64,000 bases of DNA from Lama guanicoe (lineage: Eukaryota): contig MU054693.1 in assembly GCA_013239625.1 (NCBI GenBank), positions 11,430,174-11,494,173 of the forward strand, given 5' to 3'. Positions 24,951 through 38,574 of the stretch are shown here, in pieces. Both the position numbers and the translations under genes were made by a program. Numbering within the stretch: the first letter of the stretch is position 1; the number at the start of each line of letters is the position of its first letter. The notes under the pieces are model-generated. The model was not told where the DNA came from, made no database searches, and saw nothing but the letters and a program-made list of their open reading frames with translations.

Positions 24951-25011
24951 CTTTGTGTTCCGCCCAGCAGTTTGTGTTTTTGATGCTAGGTCCCCCTTGG
25001 TTCTTGTGATC
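24951..25011 (-). other. Candidate 61-nt internal exon of an unidentified minus-strand gene (5'UTR, lncRNA or coding)
   Basis: Minus strand cctttaatttgattccattatgtcacAG|GATCACAAGAACC...GGAACACAAAG|GTAAGT: consensus donor, plausible acceptor, unique sequence with ~400 bp of repeat-free flank. Confidence 0.5.
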
Positions 25012-25554
25012 CTGTGACATAATGGAATCAAATTAAAGGCCCATTTACCAGCTTTATTGCCGATTATTTATAATACTCTGGTTCCAAAGTGCTTCTTTAT
25101 AGAGTGCTTAAGCTGCCATCGCTGGATAGAGCTCACCGTAAATGCCTTCACACGCACGGCACATTATGTCCCATCGCTGCAGCAAAAAGGGAAAGATTAT
25201 TCTCAATTATTTCATATAATCTATTTTATTGTTTTATTGTAATAAACCGCCATACCTTACACCACTTTAAAATCAATAGTTTGCATTAAAAATAATGAAA
25301 CATGGCCATTAATCTTGCTGCTATAACTTTCTGATAGTGAATCCGTAATATAGAAAAGATAATAATTACTCCCTTCCAATCAATAGAAACATTTTCAAAT
25401 ACTCCTGCGTATCCTACTGCTATTGCATCAGTGGGAGCTGATGACAATAGGGATGTAGATTTAGAGAATCTTAGTTGGCATGAAGTTCTTCATGCCCTCC
25501 CTGCACCTGCCAGCACATCCCCTGACACTCAGAATACCCTTCTTTAAATACCTG

Positions 25555-25820
25555 GAGACAATATGACAGAATAGTTAAAGACACAGGCTTTGGAGTCAAA
25601 CAGCCTTGGCTTAATTCCCAATTCCAGTGCTCACCAGTACCATGTGAATGATTTGGGCATGTTATTTAACCACTCGCTGCCTCAGTCTCTCCATCTATGA
25701 AAAGGGAATGAGAATGTCTGCCTTGCAGGATGATTGTAAATATTACATGCAAACTTACAGGACATGCTTATCACAGTGTCTGAATTGTGATACATGCACT
25801 AGAAATGATAACTACTGTTT
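25555..25820 (+). mobile_element. MIR SINE (near full length)
   Basis: 'atagttaaagacacaggctttggagtcaaacag...tttgggcatgttatttaaccactcgctgcctcagtctctccatctatgaaaaggg'. Confidence 0.85.
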
Positions 25821-27574
25821 TTATGCCATGCACACTTGGCATTGAGAATGGCCTGACAGACAGCTGTTATTTCCAGAGAGCTGGTAGCAAAAGCAGGTGG
25901 AATGGCCGGTGCTGTTTCTATCCTTTTGTTCCTTCATTTCAACCTGGCATAAGAAGACCCAGCTGTGCTTTGTGGTGGTACTCAGCATCTGGGCTTGAAA
26001 CCCTGAGAGGAGAAATTGAGCCATCAATTTGGCTGCGATGCAAGAGGCCTTTTAACTCCCAACCCTCTGCTCTTCAGCAATGTCTCTGGGAGACAGTACT
26101 GGAGTGAATACATGGTTTTGTCAGTAAATACTCTTTGATCAACACTCAAGTCAAATACAAAAAGAGTGGAGACGGTGAATGCTTAAGCCATAATTGAAGG
26201 CACAGCTTTTCCAATCCTGTTTAATTTAATTCAACAACAATCTATTGAACAGGTAATAGGTGCCAAGAGAAAGCCCAGGTGTTAAAGGTAAAGAGATTCA
26301 AAGATTAATAAAACATAATATTTGCTGTTTAAATACCTTAAAATCTAGGCAAAGACTCACATGTCACCTAATGTCTTGAGTCCAAAATGCAGAAAGAAAG
26401 ATTGATTCTGTCTAGCACGGGGAAGTTATTTCATCTAAAGCACAAGTGGGTAGATCCTCATCAGGGAAAACAAAAGAAAAAGAGTATTCCAGAGAGAAAA
26501 AAACAAAAGATGCAAATGCCAAAGATGGGCAAATGTGCATCTCAATGTTGCTCTATTAGCATAAAATCCTTCTAAATTCCCTGCTGCCTAAAACACACCT
26601 CTCAGCCTAAGTCCACTCACTATATTATCCTACCTAACCTATCCTAAAACTACACCAAAACTATTTGTATCTTTTGAACACTATGTCCTCTGTTTCATGC
26701 CTCTCTAAGCTTGCATTTGCTATCTCTTGTATTCAAAATTTATTTATCTACCTGAAAAACTATTCTCCTGGAAGTCTCAGTTTGAATATCACCTCCTCTA
26801 TGAAGTCTTCCCTGATGCTCTCAGATAATATCACAGTTTGGCACAGCTCTTTGTCTACATGTCTAACGTTATGTTTCTTGAATGAATTAATTAATGAATG
26901 CACATGTGAATGAATAGATGGGTGAATGGAATCGTGTATGATGTATTCAGAAAATGGCAAGCCTGGAGGGATTGGGACATAGCCTATCTGTGTACACAGT
27001 GAGCTGGGCTTATATGACAGGCTACAGAATTTCAAGTTTATTTTATTTAAGATTATGTAAATAACTAGGAAAATCTCCTGAAAAGATGAACCTAACAGTG
27101 CTGTGTAGAAAAATTTGGCAAGAGAGAAACTAGAGGCAGACATCCTACTTTAGATAATAAGATAACAAAATGAAATAGTTATAGCCTAAGTTAAAAGAAG
27201 AAAGTGGGGGATATTTCAGAGAAAGATCACAGAAGATGGCCATCGATTGATTAGAAAAGGGAAGAAGAGTGAAGAGGCAGAGCTGAACCTCATATTGTCC
27301 CTCCTATCACTGCAGATACTGCTGGGAAGAGATGTTCCTACATCATTCCCCTCCCTACCCCACCTTACTTTAAAAAGAGTTACTAATCTGTTTAGGTCAG
27401 ATTCTAGGAGAGAGATAGGGAGAAGGTACCGCAGGGTGGAGTCACTGAATTATGAACACAGTTGTCATGCTCTCTTCTAGTCTTTCCTTTCATTGCAACC
27501 AGATCAATAGGTTAGCTGATCAAGCTTGCAACTTCCCCTTCTCTTTCCTGTCAAGACCTCTAAGACTTTGGTAC

Positions 27575-27735
27575 AGAAAGCATGGTCCGTGAACCACCAG
27601 AGCCAGCAGCAGCAGCACCAGGGAGCTTGTAGAAATGCAGACTCTTGAGTCTCACTCCAGAGCTACTAAATCAGAGTCTGCATTTTAACAAGATGCCAGG
27701 TAATCTGTATGCACATAAAAGTTTGAGAAGTACTG
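27575..27735. mobile_element. MER5A1-like MITE
   Basis: 'gggagcttgtagaaatgcagactc...ctactaaatcagagtctgcattttaacaagat...aaagtttgagaagtactg'. Confidence 0.8.
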
Positions 27736-27778
27736 CTCCAGGAAATTATCACTTCAGTGTCAGACAGCTAGCTTAGAA

Positions 27779-27953
27779 GGCGTGACTTGCAACCTGGGCT
27801 GCATATTAGAATCACCTGGAGAACTTCTAAAAAAATCTCATTTCTCCAGTCTGCATCTCAGATCAACTAAATTAAAACTTTTGGAAGTAGGACCCAGGTG
27901 TTTTAAAAAGCTCACTGGGTGATTCCATACATGGCCAAGGTTTAAAACCACTG
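27779..27953. mobile_element. MER5A/B MITE
   Basis: 'ggctgcatattagaatcacctggagaac...gggtgattcc...ccaaggtttaaaaccactg'. Confidence 0.75.
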
Positions 27954-30900
27954 GACTAAAGTTAAGATTTAGACTGGACATAATAGGAAAAATCTTTCTC
28001 CTTCCTCATCCCCCATTTAGCCCTTGGTTCTAGGCCAGGTGTTCCAGTCCAGTTTAGCAAAGAGATCAAGTTTGGGTTTCTGGCCCAGACACTGCCAAAA
28101 TAAGGTGAAACTTTGATTTCTTATTTACTGTCATTGTTTATATATTTGTTTCCCTTTGAGATTCTTGCAAAGAAACAAATAGATGGTGTAAGGCAGGATT
28201 CAGGTATTCTATGTGTCTTTTAGCCAAATACCATTTAATAATGCTCCAAAACTTAAACATTATTAAGATGAAGTTTGGAACTCCATGCTAGTAAGACTAG
28301 AAATGCCACCAACTAAAAAAGGACACAGAACAGCTTGATTAAGGAGAAAGCTTTAAATGGGGGCATGATTTCTACCTCCTCTCTCTATGAACACATACCC
28401 AGTATTCTCCACTGATTATTCCACACTGGAGTTTTCACCTGTTGAGCTCAATGGTTGCATTCCTCACCCCCTCTTCAATATTGTAGATGAAAATGTCTGA
28501 CCAGAGGTTTGATTTAGTCCATATTTCATACAGTGAATCAGTAATGGAAAAAAATCCAGAATATTAATTCTCTGTAATGATATCATCAAGAAAGGGGGGA
28601 AATATCATTCTATGATGTTGGTTTTATTGTAAGAATCCAGGGCAAGCATTTATGTGAGTCAGGGTTTGCCGCTGCTGGATATAAACCACTGTAATAATGA
28701 AGACCAGACTGAATTATCTTTGGCCACGATTAAAGATCAAAGTTTTTCTTCGTTTTGGGTTGTTCTTTTTTTTTTTTTTTTCCTAATAAATCCAGTCTTG
28801 TTCGTCTTTGTCTGAGTTGGTTTAGGTTAAGCAAGGCGGCTAAATAGACAGATGGAAAACTAAAGGCCTTTTCAACAAAGTAGCCAAGCAGGAAATACAG
28901 GAATGGCCGAATGGATTTGTGGGTGGGTAGCTAGATGGCTTGTTGTATAGATGAAAGAGTCTGTGGTAAACAGAACTTTTTAAAGGACAGTCAGGGGACA
29001 TGACATGATCCCTTGCTGCTGGAAATAGTATTTTTAAAAATAATCATAATGATAATGTCAGCTGTCACTTTCCGAATATCTACTATATGCCAGGTACTGA
29101 ATTAGATGCTCTAAAACATTTATTTGGCTTATTTGATTATCTGATCTAAATAATAACCTTGTAGGGCAGGTATTATCTCATTTTTAAAAAAAGGGATCTA
29201 AGGCATATCAATGTTTAGTAATTTGTTCAAGAAATTCATGGACTAGAATTTAAATCTGTCTTTCTCTTAAAACCTGTGGCTCCTTTCACAGTACGTTATT
29301 CCTTTCAATTAATGTAATGATTCTAACACTGGCATAGTGGAGGAATGGATGCACTGATACATCCCTTGTGAATGTGAGACAATCTCTCCAGGAAAAAAAA
29401 ATGCATTTCCTCCCATGTACAAAATTTTATGAAATGTCAGGTTATTCCCTGACTCCCTAAATCCATATAGGGTTCCACATTAAGAAGCGAGTCCCTGAAG
29501 ACTTAGAGAAGTAATGAAAAGAGGTGAAAAGGAAAGAGGACAAATAAGAAAAAGCAGTAGATAGTTTACGAGGAATGTCCTGGACTTGCTCTGCTTGGAG
29601 CAATTATATTTCTTGAATTTGGTTCTCTTAAATTCGCTTTTAAAATTAACATGTAATGTACATGCATTTGCATAATTGCAAGTTAATGCTTAAAAAAATT
29701 TTATGACCCCAACCTGTCTGGAAAAACAAAGCAAAACAAGCTCACTGCCACTTAGACTTCCGTGATGTCATGGTCATTGTCCATTAAAACCCACACCGTG
29801 CTGTGGCTGTGAAGCGACCTGAGACACATTGATATCAATACAGGTCATTTCCTGCCCATAAGATCATACTGTCATCACTCTCCCCATTGTAATGGAGCAC
29901 ACTTAATCACAGTGGAGTGGTTTTGTTTTTAATGGGTGCTCACTGAAAACAACACCTTTCAACTGTTCTGGTGTCTAGTGTCCTATATTTCTCTTGACTA
30001 ATTTGAAATAATGCAGTGTTTCATGTAGTCAGTCTGTAACAGCTCCTCCATCAGCAGCAGCAGGGCATTGCCCTTCTCTGATTTCAGGTGCATTCCTTAA
30101 CATGCACGTGGCCCTTGGTGCCTTCTCTTCAACAGAGCCATTCTGTTCTGCTCTACCCATTCTTTTCAATTCTTTTTGTTTAAAAATGTCTTTCATTTCA
30201 GTCTTAATTCAGTATCACCTGGATTAACTTGATCAATTTATGATTAAGAAAAATTTCACTTGACCTGGACCCCCTCAAGCCTTATGAACAGCTTGTGGAG
30301 AGGGGTGTTTTTAGTCAATTTTGGGGATTTAAGCCGTGATAGGTATAAACTTTGGAAAAAGGAAAGTGTTGGCTTAGAATTTTGGAATTGCACTTTGTGC
30401 TATTTAGGGATATTTTGACTAGAGACATTTGTCTGACTTGATATTTATATTATCAAAAGACATTCATGCATTCAACTGACATATTGAGTTCCTAGTTTGT
30501 ATTTGGTCTTATGGAGCAAGCCTGTATCAGAAGCCTTGCATGTATTCAAGTATAATTTAGGGAGCTCTAGATTAGAAGTCAAAACACCTGAATTCCAAAT
30601 CCCATCAACAACCACAAGAGCAGAAAGGCTGCCACTTACTAAACATTTACTAGGGACCTGGTACTACGCTGTGTTAAGTGCTTTATAGACTCTATTTCGT
30701 GTATCGCCAGTAACACACTTTCTCACATCTTCCAAGATATTTAACATCCTATTGTAAGGAAAGTATGGAATTGTTACCTTTGAGATAAGAAATTAGATCA
30801 TAACATCTTAAAGCTAGAAAGCCTTTCAGACCTCATTCACCTCCATATCCTTCTGCTGCAAAAATAGGTAGACTGAGGTCAAAAAGGGAAGTGACTTTCC

Positions 30901-31207
30901 CAGAGTCAGACACCAAATCAGCCTCAATACTGGCACTAAAATCCAGGCCTCTACTTTTAATCATGCATCAATTCATTCATTCACACAGGTATTGAACACT
31001 TACCTGGGAAGCAATGAAGATACACATCTGCATAGCAATGAGAAAGACAAGCACGTGGTATCTACATTAGAGAGAGGAGACCAGACATTCCACAACCACA
31101 TACATAACCACAATTATGGAAATGCTACCCAAGGAGAAGCAGCACTCCAAAACTCTTAGGGCAGAGGTAGGGGGCAGTGTTCTCTCACCACAACGCCTTC
31201 GGGGGAG

Positions 31208-31460
31208 CACTTCCCAAAGTCTTTTTCACAGCTCACCAGTTGCACGGATAATCTGAAAACAGGGCTCTGTGGTCCAATATGTTTGGAGATGCATCATACT
31301 AACCCCCTCTCCGGGAAACTTGGTGCATTGCCTCTGAGAAGTCCTTCATTTAAAAAAAAAAAGTCTGCTCATTGTTTTTTAATACTGAATCTTCCCTCTT
31401 ATTTAGTCTCAAAACATTTTTTTTTCAGGTAACATTCATAGACATGCAGAACTCTGTGTG
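31208..31460. mobile_element. MER112-like hAT-Charlie element
   Basis: 'ttcccaaagt...ggctctgtggtccaatatgtttggagatgc...ctctgagaagtcc'. Confidence 0.5.
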
Positions 31461-32489
31461 ATGCAGGGAAGTGAAGGGTCTTTCTGCTCTGTTCTAGGGA
31501 AATGTCAAGAAACACATAAAGCTGTAATTGCTAAGTCCTTCGTTTTTTAAGGCAATTAGGCATTATACCTCCTTCCACCATAATCATGAAGCCCCTCCTC
31601 TCCTCCACTGACAAAAAAATGCACACATAGTTTATTCAAAACCTCTTCCAACTCTTACTCTACCCTTTGGAAATGGCTCCCAACGGCCCCATCCCTTTCA
31701 TTGCCATTTGGAAGGAGAGACCAAGATGGCTGGTCTTCATCTGCACGCAGTTGTTCTGGTCCTCAGGATAATGGATCTCATCCTGACATCACTCGGGGCT
31801 GCTCTCCCAGGACACAGAATCATAAAGTCTTCCAAGGGGGAGAACCTTCACATTCACTTAGCACCACCTGCTCTGACCATAGTCCAGAAAGGTACACTGA
31901 GGCCTGTGATGTTCAGTGACTTCCTTGTGGGGCTCCCCCCTCTGTCACCCCCACCCCTTGGACTGCCTCATGGACATCATCCTTCCAATATCAGTTGACA
32001 TATCTTTTCCCCTGAAGTTTGTATTATCTGCCTCCCTTTTGTGCTCTCACACCATTCTGTATTTTCTCCAGTGTCATCTTTGGCCTATAATAAAGTGATG
32101 TGTTTATTGCTTATGCTCCCACTGGAAACCCCATGAGGGGAAGGTCCATTTTCTGTCATGTTCTCCTTGTTCCCACAGAGCCTAGCACAGTGTGTGGCCC
32201 CAGATTCATTTGACTGTTAACAGTAATAGAATGAGTTGAAGAATGCCTAAGATCACTGAGTGAAGAATGGCTAAGACAAAGGTACTTTGACTCAATATTC
32301 AGTGTTCTTTTCAACAAACCATGCTGTCCCTGACTCCTGTGTCCAGATACGAGGAAGGTCTAGGGACAGAGATTTGCAGAGAAAGTGAGAGAACTTTCAT
32401 TCTCAGGCAGGTTGATGTTAATCTCAGCCAGGTCCAATAAAACCCTGAAAAAAAAAAATCAGAAGGCAGAAACAAACTGGGTTGAAAAG

Positions 32490-32874
32490 GGATGTTTTAT
32501 GTCTCTGGGTCTAAGCATAGGGCATGTGTCTCATTCTAGCTAATCAGCATGATCCCCACATCATCATTACATGAACACATGACAAAATTCAGGCCGGCAA
32601 GGAGGGAGGAGAAGTTTGTAGAGAGTTTCTGGCCAAGGCTGACTGTCCTTCTCAGAGAGAGTTCTCTAGATATGGATGGACATACAGCCCTGGACATTCT
32701 GATAGTCAATTCATGGCCAAGAAATAGAAACAGCTTTAGGATATAGTTCACATTGTAGAAGGCAGAGGAAATAAACAGGACAAAACCAGGGACTTGATGA
32801 CACCACAGAGTCAGTGAATTAAACCAAGTTGAAATCCACCCTATTTCTGACCTTCCAGTCAATAAGATCATTTG

Positions 32875-32875
<1 letters not shown>
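32490..32875 (+). mobile_element. MLT1K-like MaLR LTR
   Basis: 'gcatgtgtctcattctagctaatcagc...gaaggcagagg...cagggacttgatgacacc...cctatttctgaccttccagt'. Confidence 0.55.

Positions 32876-32876
<1 letters not shown>

Positions 32877-32913
<37 letters not shown>
32877..32913. repeat. (CA)~18 microsatellite
   Basis: Perfect AC run seen directly. Confidence 0.97.
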
Positions 32914-32916
<3 letters not shown>

Positions 32917-33339
32917 CGTCACCCCTTTTACCTGCCCAATCTGTGCTATTCCTAGACTCATGGCTCCCAAAGTCTGCTTATGTTTAGATTTTTAAATTCT
33001 GGCTCAAGTACTGTTTTTTTCAGTTTCTAACCCTAATCCCTATCTCGGAGGTGTCTGAACAAAATGCATCATGAGGGCCTGGGGCAATGATCCCTTTCCT
33101 TTCTCCCCAGAGTCTCCTCCCATCTGCTTCAGCCAACACTAGATGTTCCTATGAACAGCAATTCGTGTAAATAGATGCCCACTTCAGTCACTTACTGAAA
33201 TGTTTCTCTAATAAGTATCTGACTCCCTGGATTGAGCCCCCTGGATGTGTAGTACCTCTGAGTTCCAAGAACTTGGCTGGAAAAGAAGCACCTGGTCCTT
33301 GCTCCCTACAAGGACCCCATGAGAGGAAATAACATTTTT

Positions 33340-33572
33340 AGAGAGTTTATTTAAGAACATGGACTTCAGTGTCACACAAATCATGATTTTCCCATAGACC
33401 TTACCACTTATGTAAGCCCGGATCAGTTGCTTAACCTTACGTTTCTTAGTTATCCTGTCTGTACAATGGATAATTGTGATCCAAGCTGCAACTGACAATT
33501 GTGAATGAGATCATGTAACTTAAATGATTAGCAGAATTCCAGGCACATCGGAGAAACCCAGTGAATAGTGGT
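33340..33572 (+). mobile_element. MIR SINE
   Basis: 'ttaagaacatggacttcagtgtc...cttaccacttatgtaag...ctgtctgtacaatggataat...ccaggcacat'. Confidence 0.65.
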
Positions 33573-34085
33573 TATGCTGGGCATCTTTCAAATGCTCCCT
33601 GTTCCTGGTATTCAAGTACATATATAATTCTCCCCTCTACTGACTTGCTCCTAGCAAACAGGATACAGCAAATATGATAGGATGTCACCTCCATGGTCAG
33701 GTTATGAAAGCCCATGACGTCCATCTTGCTGGACTCTCACCACTGCCTCCTCAGCTTAAACACTTTTATGAAGCCAACTGCCATGTTGGAGAAATCCTTG
33801 CAATAAGGAGCTGAGGGTGGCCTTAGGCCAACAGTCAGTGAGGACCTGAAATGTTCACTCCAACAGCCTCTGAAGAACGAAATCCTATCAACAACCAGCA
33901 GGAGACTCTTCCCCAGTCAAGCCTTGAAATGAGACTACAGCCCCAGCCAAGAGCAGGACTTCATCCTGTGTGAGACTGAGTCCATCCATGCCCTGCTTCC
34001 TGATCCACAGGAATCATGAAATAACAAACGTGTGTTGTTTTAAGCCACAACGCCTGGGGATAATTGGTTAGGCAGCAATAGATAA
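33573..34085 (+). mobile_element. MLT1F-like MaLR solo LTR
   Basis: 'ggatgtcacctccatg...gaagccaactgccatgttggaga...ccccagtcaagccttgaaatgagactacagcccc...gtgtgttgttttaagcca...ggcagcaatagataa'. Confidence 0.85.
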
Positions 34086-35235
34086 GGAGCCCTCAGGCTA
34101 CCATCACTGTTGCTCTTCCTACTCCTGCTGCTGTGGCAACTGTTCACTACAGAGAAAAGAGTGAAAGCCTGGCCCGGGGATTTCAGGACATAACTGGAAA
34201 GTTAGCCATCCACAATCTCAAAAGTTTTATCAGGTCTTCTGTTTGTCTTAAATGTATTCAGATTTTCAACACTTGCTTTCTACTCTTTAATACAAACTTG
34301 ATTCTTTTTAAAAGTTTAGAAGAATGTACGAGTGAAATTCATTAATTTCCCCCACCTCGAGTATTCAAATCAGATGGTCTCTTTGGGACTCTATGTCTTA
34401 CTCATTTCTAGGCATCCTTCTCCCCCTCACATGTTACCTGTCATTCATCTCAAGCAAATGCATCTTGGGAATGGTACCAACCTACACCTGAAAACTGGCT
34501 TTGGTAGTTTGAAGAGAGACTGAGCCTATTGCCTTCACCTAAAAAATGAGGGTAATGTCCCCCATCCTCAAAGTGTTGTTTTGAGGTTTCAGTGAGAGAA
34601 TATATATCAAGTGCCTGAGAAGTAAGTATCAACCAACGTTTATCTTTTGTTTCAAATATCTCTTGTGCATGAGTCGTAGTATCTTGGAACATTACGGAGC
34701 TTAGTGTGCCATAGGAAATTACACTGAGAAATAACAAAACTATACCAAATCGAAAAGGAAAATAAATGGCTTAAACCCACAGCAAACTTTTTTTTTAATT
34801 ATCTCAGGACTTCATTTCTGTAGGATTCCATATACATATCTGTACATTTTTTTTTCCCTTAAGGGAAAGTAAAACAGACCCTTTACTCCTCTGAGGGTCT
34901 GGGGTGGCCACACATTGGGGTGTTTCAACAAAACCTCCCCAACATTTGCTGGGATTCCATGGTCTCAGACTGAATGTCAGTAAAAGAAGATGGAGTAGGA
35001 ACTGGGGATACTGGCTCCAGTAAGGGCAACTGACCAGGGACTATAAGGCTCAGGGACCTCTGAAAACTCAGGCATGGTCTGGCAGGCCTTAGGGTTCCAT
35101 CTTAACTGGCAGAGTAAATCTAGCTACTTGGGGATTCCCAAATCCAGGTCAGCCTTCAATGTGTGGTGTGACCAGATGGGTGTTCTTGTTTTCTGGAAAA
35201 AGAGACTGGCAGGGATGAGGCAGTGTTGTGTAGCA

Positions 35236-35400
35236 CAGTGCTTCTCTTAACAGACAGGTCACCTGGAGATCTTGTTAAACTGTAGATTCTTATTCAGTAG
35301 GACTGGAGTGGGCCTGAGATACTTAACACTGCGGAAACGCTTCCAGGCTCCCAGATGATGCCAAGTATCTGATCTGTAGATCTCATTTTGGGTAGCAAGG
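35236..35400. mobile_element. MER5A1-like MITE
   Basis: 'cagtgcttctc...tcacctggagatcttgttaaactgtagattcttattcagtaggactgg...ttttgggtagcaagg'. Confidence 0.7.
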
Positions 35401-35620
35401 GCGTAGTGGGAAAAGCAAGGGCTTTGGAGTCAAGCAAACATAAGTCTGAGATCTAGCTTAGCCATTTGTTTGCTGTGTGACCTCAGGCAAGTCACCTAAC
35501 TCCTCTGAACCTATTTCCTCATCTGGAAAATGAGTTTTGTTTCCTAGGGTTGTTGTGAGGGTTAAAGGGGAAAAAATAAAAGTTTGTAAATGCTTAGCCA
35601 AGTGTTCTGATGTAATAAAT
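35401..35620 (+). mobile_element. MIR SINE
   Basis: 'gggctttggagtcaagc...gctgtgtgacctcaggcaagtcacctaactcctctgaacctatttcctcatctggaaaatg'. Confidence 0.85.
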
Positions 35621-36182
35621 TGTAGGGAGAGGAAAATTCTACCACATCTCTTATGTTTCCACCTCTGTCAGCCCCTCTAGCAGCTGATCTAATTGGTCAT
35701 CCCCAGGATGTTGAATTAGCCATGTTCGGGGTTACTTCCTGCTCACAAAGGGTAAGAAAAACACTTTTGCCTTCTTGGAGAAAGATAAACCAAATCCGTA
35801 TGTCTACCCCATTTCACGTGTGCCTAGAACCAAGTGAGAAGCTCCTGCTATGTAACCTCCTCTGCAGACTCAGCCACTTCACATTTTAAAAAGGGGGTTA
35901 AACAGACCAGCCTCGATCCCTTAGCCTCATGCTGCACGTTGGCTTTTACCAGAGCTCATCGTTGGAGGTTACTGGCTGTTGGTTCAGCTGTTAATAGAGA
36001 GGATATGGATATTTTCCCAATGTACATAGTCGTCTCAGTTGAGAGCCCCAGAGTGTGTGAGCAGCAGACTAGCTCTTGAGCATTTACTTAATTCCTGGTG
36101 CAATACATTTCAATTTTGCAGAACCTCACCCTGATCTCTTAATTGTAGCTGCCATCATTTCATTACCACTACCTCTCTTGCT

Positions 36183-36183
<1 letters not shown>

Positions 36184-36213
<30 letters not shown>
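36184..36213. repeat. (TCA)10 microsatellite
   Basis: Seen directly. Confidence 0.95.
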
Positions 36214-36214
<1 letters not shown>

Positions 36215-37179
36215 TCCCAGGCAGCCCCAAACTCAATTTTGTTCAATTCAATTTGAAGTGAAATTACTTGAGTGTCTGCATCGTGCTGTATGGTGGATTT
36301 CTGCCCTCTGCATTTGTGTCATTGGACGGACCAGGTCCATTTGAATGGTCTGAGTGCACTGGACATTTTGGTACTAGGTGCTATAAGTAAAGACATATCA
36401 GGAGCTGCTTACCTCAGGAACGAGAGCCAACTTGGGTCTCAAATGGTCATTTCCATTAGGGACTCCAGCTTCAGGAAACAATGGGAGAAAGTGAGCTTGA
36501 GTGTACCTTCATCCCAGTGGGGTCTCCCCTAGCTTCGAGCTGGGGTGAGGGAGGGAGGAGGGTGCTGGCCATAGACATAGGCAACACGAGGAGATCTGTT
36601 CACACTACCAATGGGATTCTTATCTAGTGGGACATTATCTGAAATTAAAATCATACCTGACATATGAGGCCCTGGAGGAAATGGATCTTGCTTTTTCCAC
36701 CTGAGACTATCTCTATTTAGTTCCTGTGTGATAAGAAGGACAAATAGGGGATGCACTGCCCCCCACCCCACCCCACCCCACAACCACTTTTCTTTCTGGC
36801 AGGAAAATGGTCTTCCTCTAGGCCATGGCTTTTGGAGAAAATTCTTCTGAGAGTGGCTCTCTTGGAGAGGAAGTGAAGCACTGACTTTTGTTTGGAAGAC
36901 ATCATGTCTGTGTCTGGCCCCAGAGTGGGTGTTGTCCTGTCCCAGTCCCTAAGCCTCACTCAGAACGAGCACGATGCCTTGCTCATGATGGCTCCGGTGG
37001 CACCATGCTAATATTTGCACCCATGTTTGCTTGTTCAATCCTGTAAAAACCTACAATACAGAGAGAATTCCTGGTCTCATTTGACAGTTGAGGATACTGT
37101 ATCTCAGATAGCACGGGGAGTTTTAAGTGCATGCAAACTTGGATTCTAACCCATGTCCTTTGGCTTGGTCCCAATACCC

Positions 37180-37377
37180 TTTTCTCTAGGGCCAAGTAGT
37201 AAATATTTTAGGTTTGTAGGCCATGAGGTCTCTGCATCAAGGACTCTCCTCCACCCTTATTGCGTGGAAACAGCCACAGATAGCACACAATGAATGTAGC
37301 TATTTTCCAATAATGTCCCACTGTGTTTATTTACAAAACAGGTAACCAGCCCAAGGGCAATAGTTTTGCCACCTCTG
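37180..37377. mobile_element. MER58A hAT-Charlie MITE
   Basis: 'agggccaagtagtaaatattttaggtttgtaggccat...cagccacagatagcacacaatgaatg...tttatttacaaaacagg...tagttttgccacctctg'. Confidence 0.8.
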
Positions 37378-38574
37378 TTCTCAAATGCTCTCTAGACACC
37401 TACCTCTGATATTTGGTGATAAACCAGGTAAAAAGGCAAGTAAACTTTAGTGGCCTCCCAGTTCCCCACTCTGTCCAATGAAGACCTCATGACTCAGGCC
37501 TGGTCCCAGGCCCTAACTCACACACTGTGGCATTTCTCATGTCAGATACAGCCCACATCAGTCATCAGTCACTATGCAACACCCTTTCACAGGGGCATGT
37601 ACATCATAGTAGAACACAGTCCACATGTTCTTTGCTTAGCTTCATGGTAGGGCCCATTATTTCATCTTAGGACTCTTTCTATAATATAATTAGAGTCTTT
37701 GAAGTCCATTGAGTTAAATAGTGGATGCAATCTTCAAGCACAGTTTCAGAAAAATACACACTTCTTTCTCCTGGGCAGTTTTCCTATCGACCCTCTGTAA
37801 AGGCAAAGAGCAAAATATTAAGTCATAACTCAGGGAAAGCACTTCTGCCATGGGCTGACATAATGTGACTCAGATGTTTCTGTTCCAGGGGTTACTGGAG
37901 ATGAATGGATAGTTAGCATGTCTATTAGACTTTCTCTGTCAAACATCAGATGTCATAAACGAGCCTCTGAGAAGTGCTGGCTCTCATTCGATTCACAACC
38001 AAGGACTTAGAGTGCAGATAATCTCTATTGGGGATTAAAGGAGAACTCATGCATTTTGGCCACTATGTGATACAGAGAGGCAAAGATGCCATCCTTCGAG
38101 AACACTTAAGAACTGATCATTCAACGCCTTCCCAGAGAAAGCGCCAGACCACTTCAGTACAAATATGAGCAGAATATTCCCCTCTTCCGGGATGTCTTGG
38201 CTTGGGGTTGGCAGAGACCATCCTCAATAGAAACAGGTGGGTGTTACAATCAAGAAAGAATAAAGATCTAAGAGTTGAATAGGAAGCCCAGACAAGATGC
38301 AGAAGAATCCTTGGGAAATTGCCTGGAATTAATTTTATTTATTTCAATGGTATGTGCAAAAGTGGGCCAACTCACGAAAAGGATCAGTAAAGAAAGAAAA
38401 TGGATTGGTTTGGTTAATGAGATGAACATAGTTAAGGCTTTTAATTAGTAAAAAACCAACTTGGACCCAAGAAATGTTGGTGAAGATATAGCATAACAGC
38501 AGTATGTAGGAGTCTCTGCCAACATTTCTGTAAAAGACAATCCTACGAATCAGAAATCCAGCCATAGAGCCATT

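Noticed and set aside
24610-25020. 136-aa minus-strand ORF
   Set aside because: It reads through the candidate exon's donor into intron-like and L3-derived sequence; only the 61-nt spliced portion is plausible.
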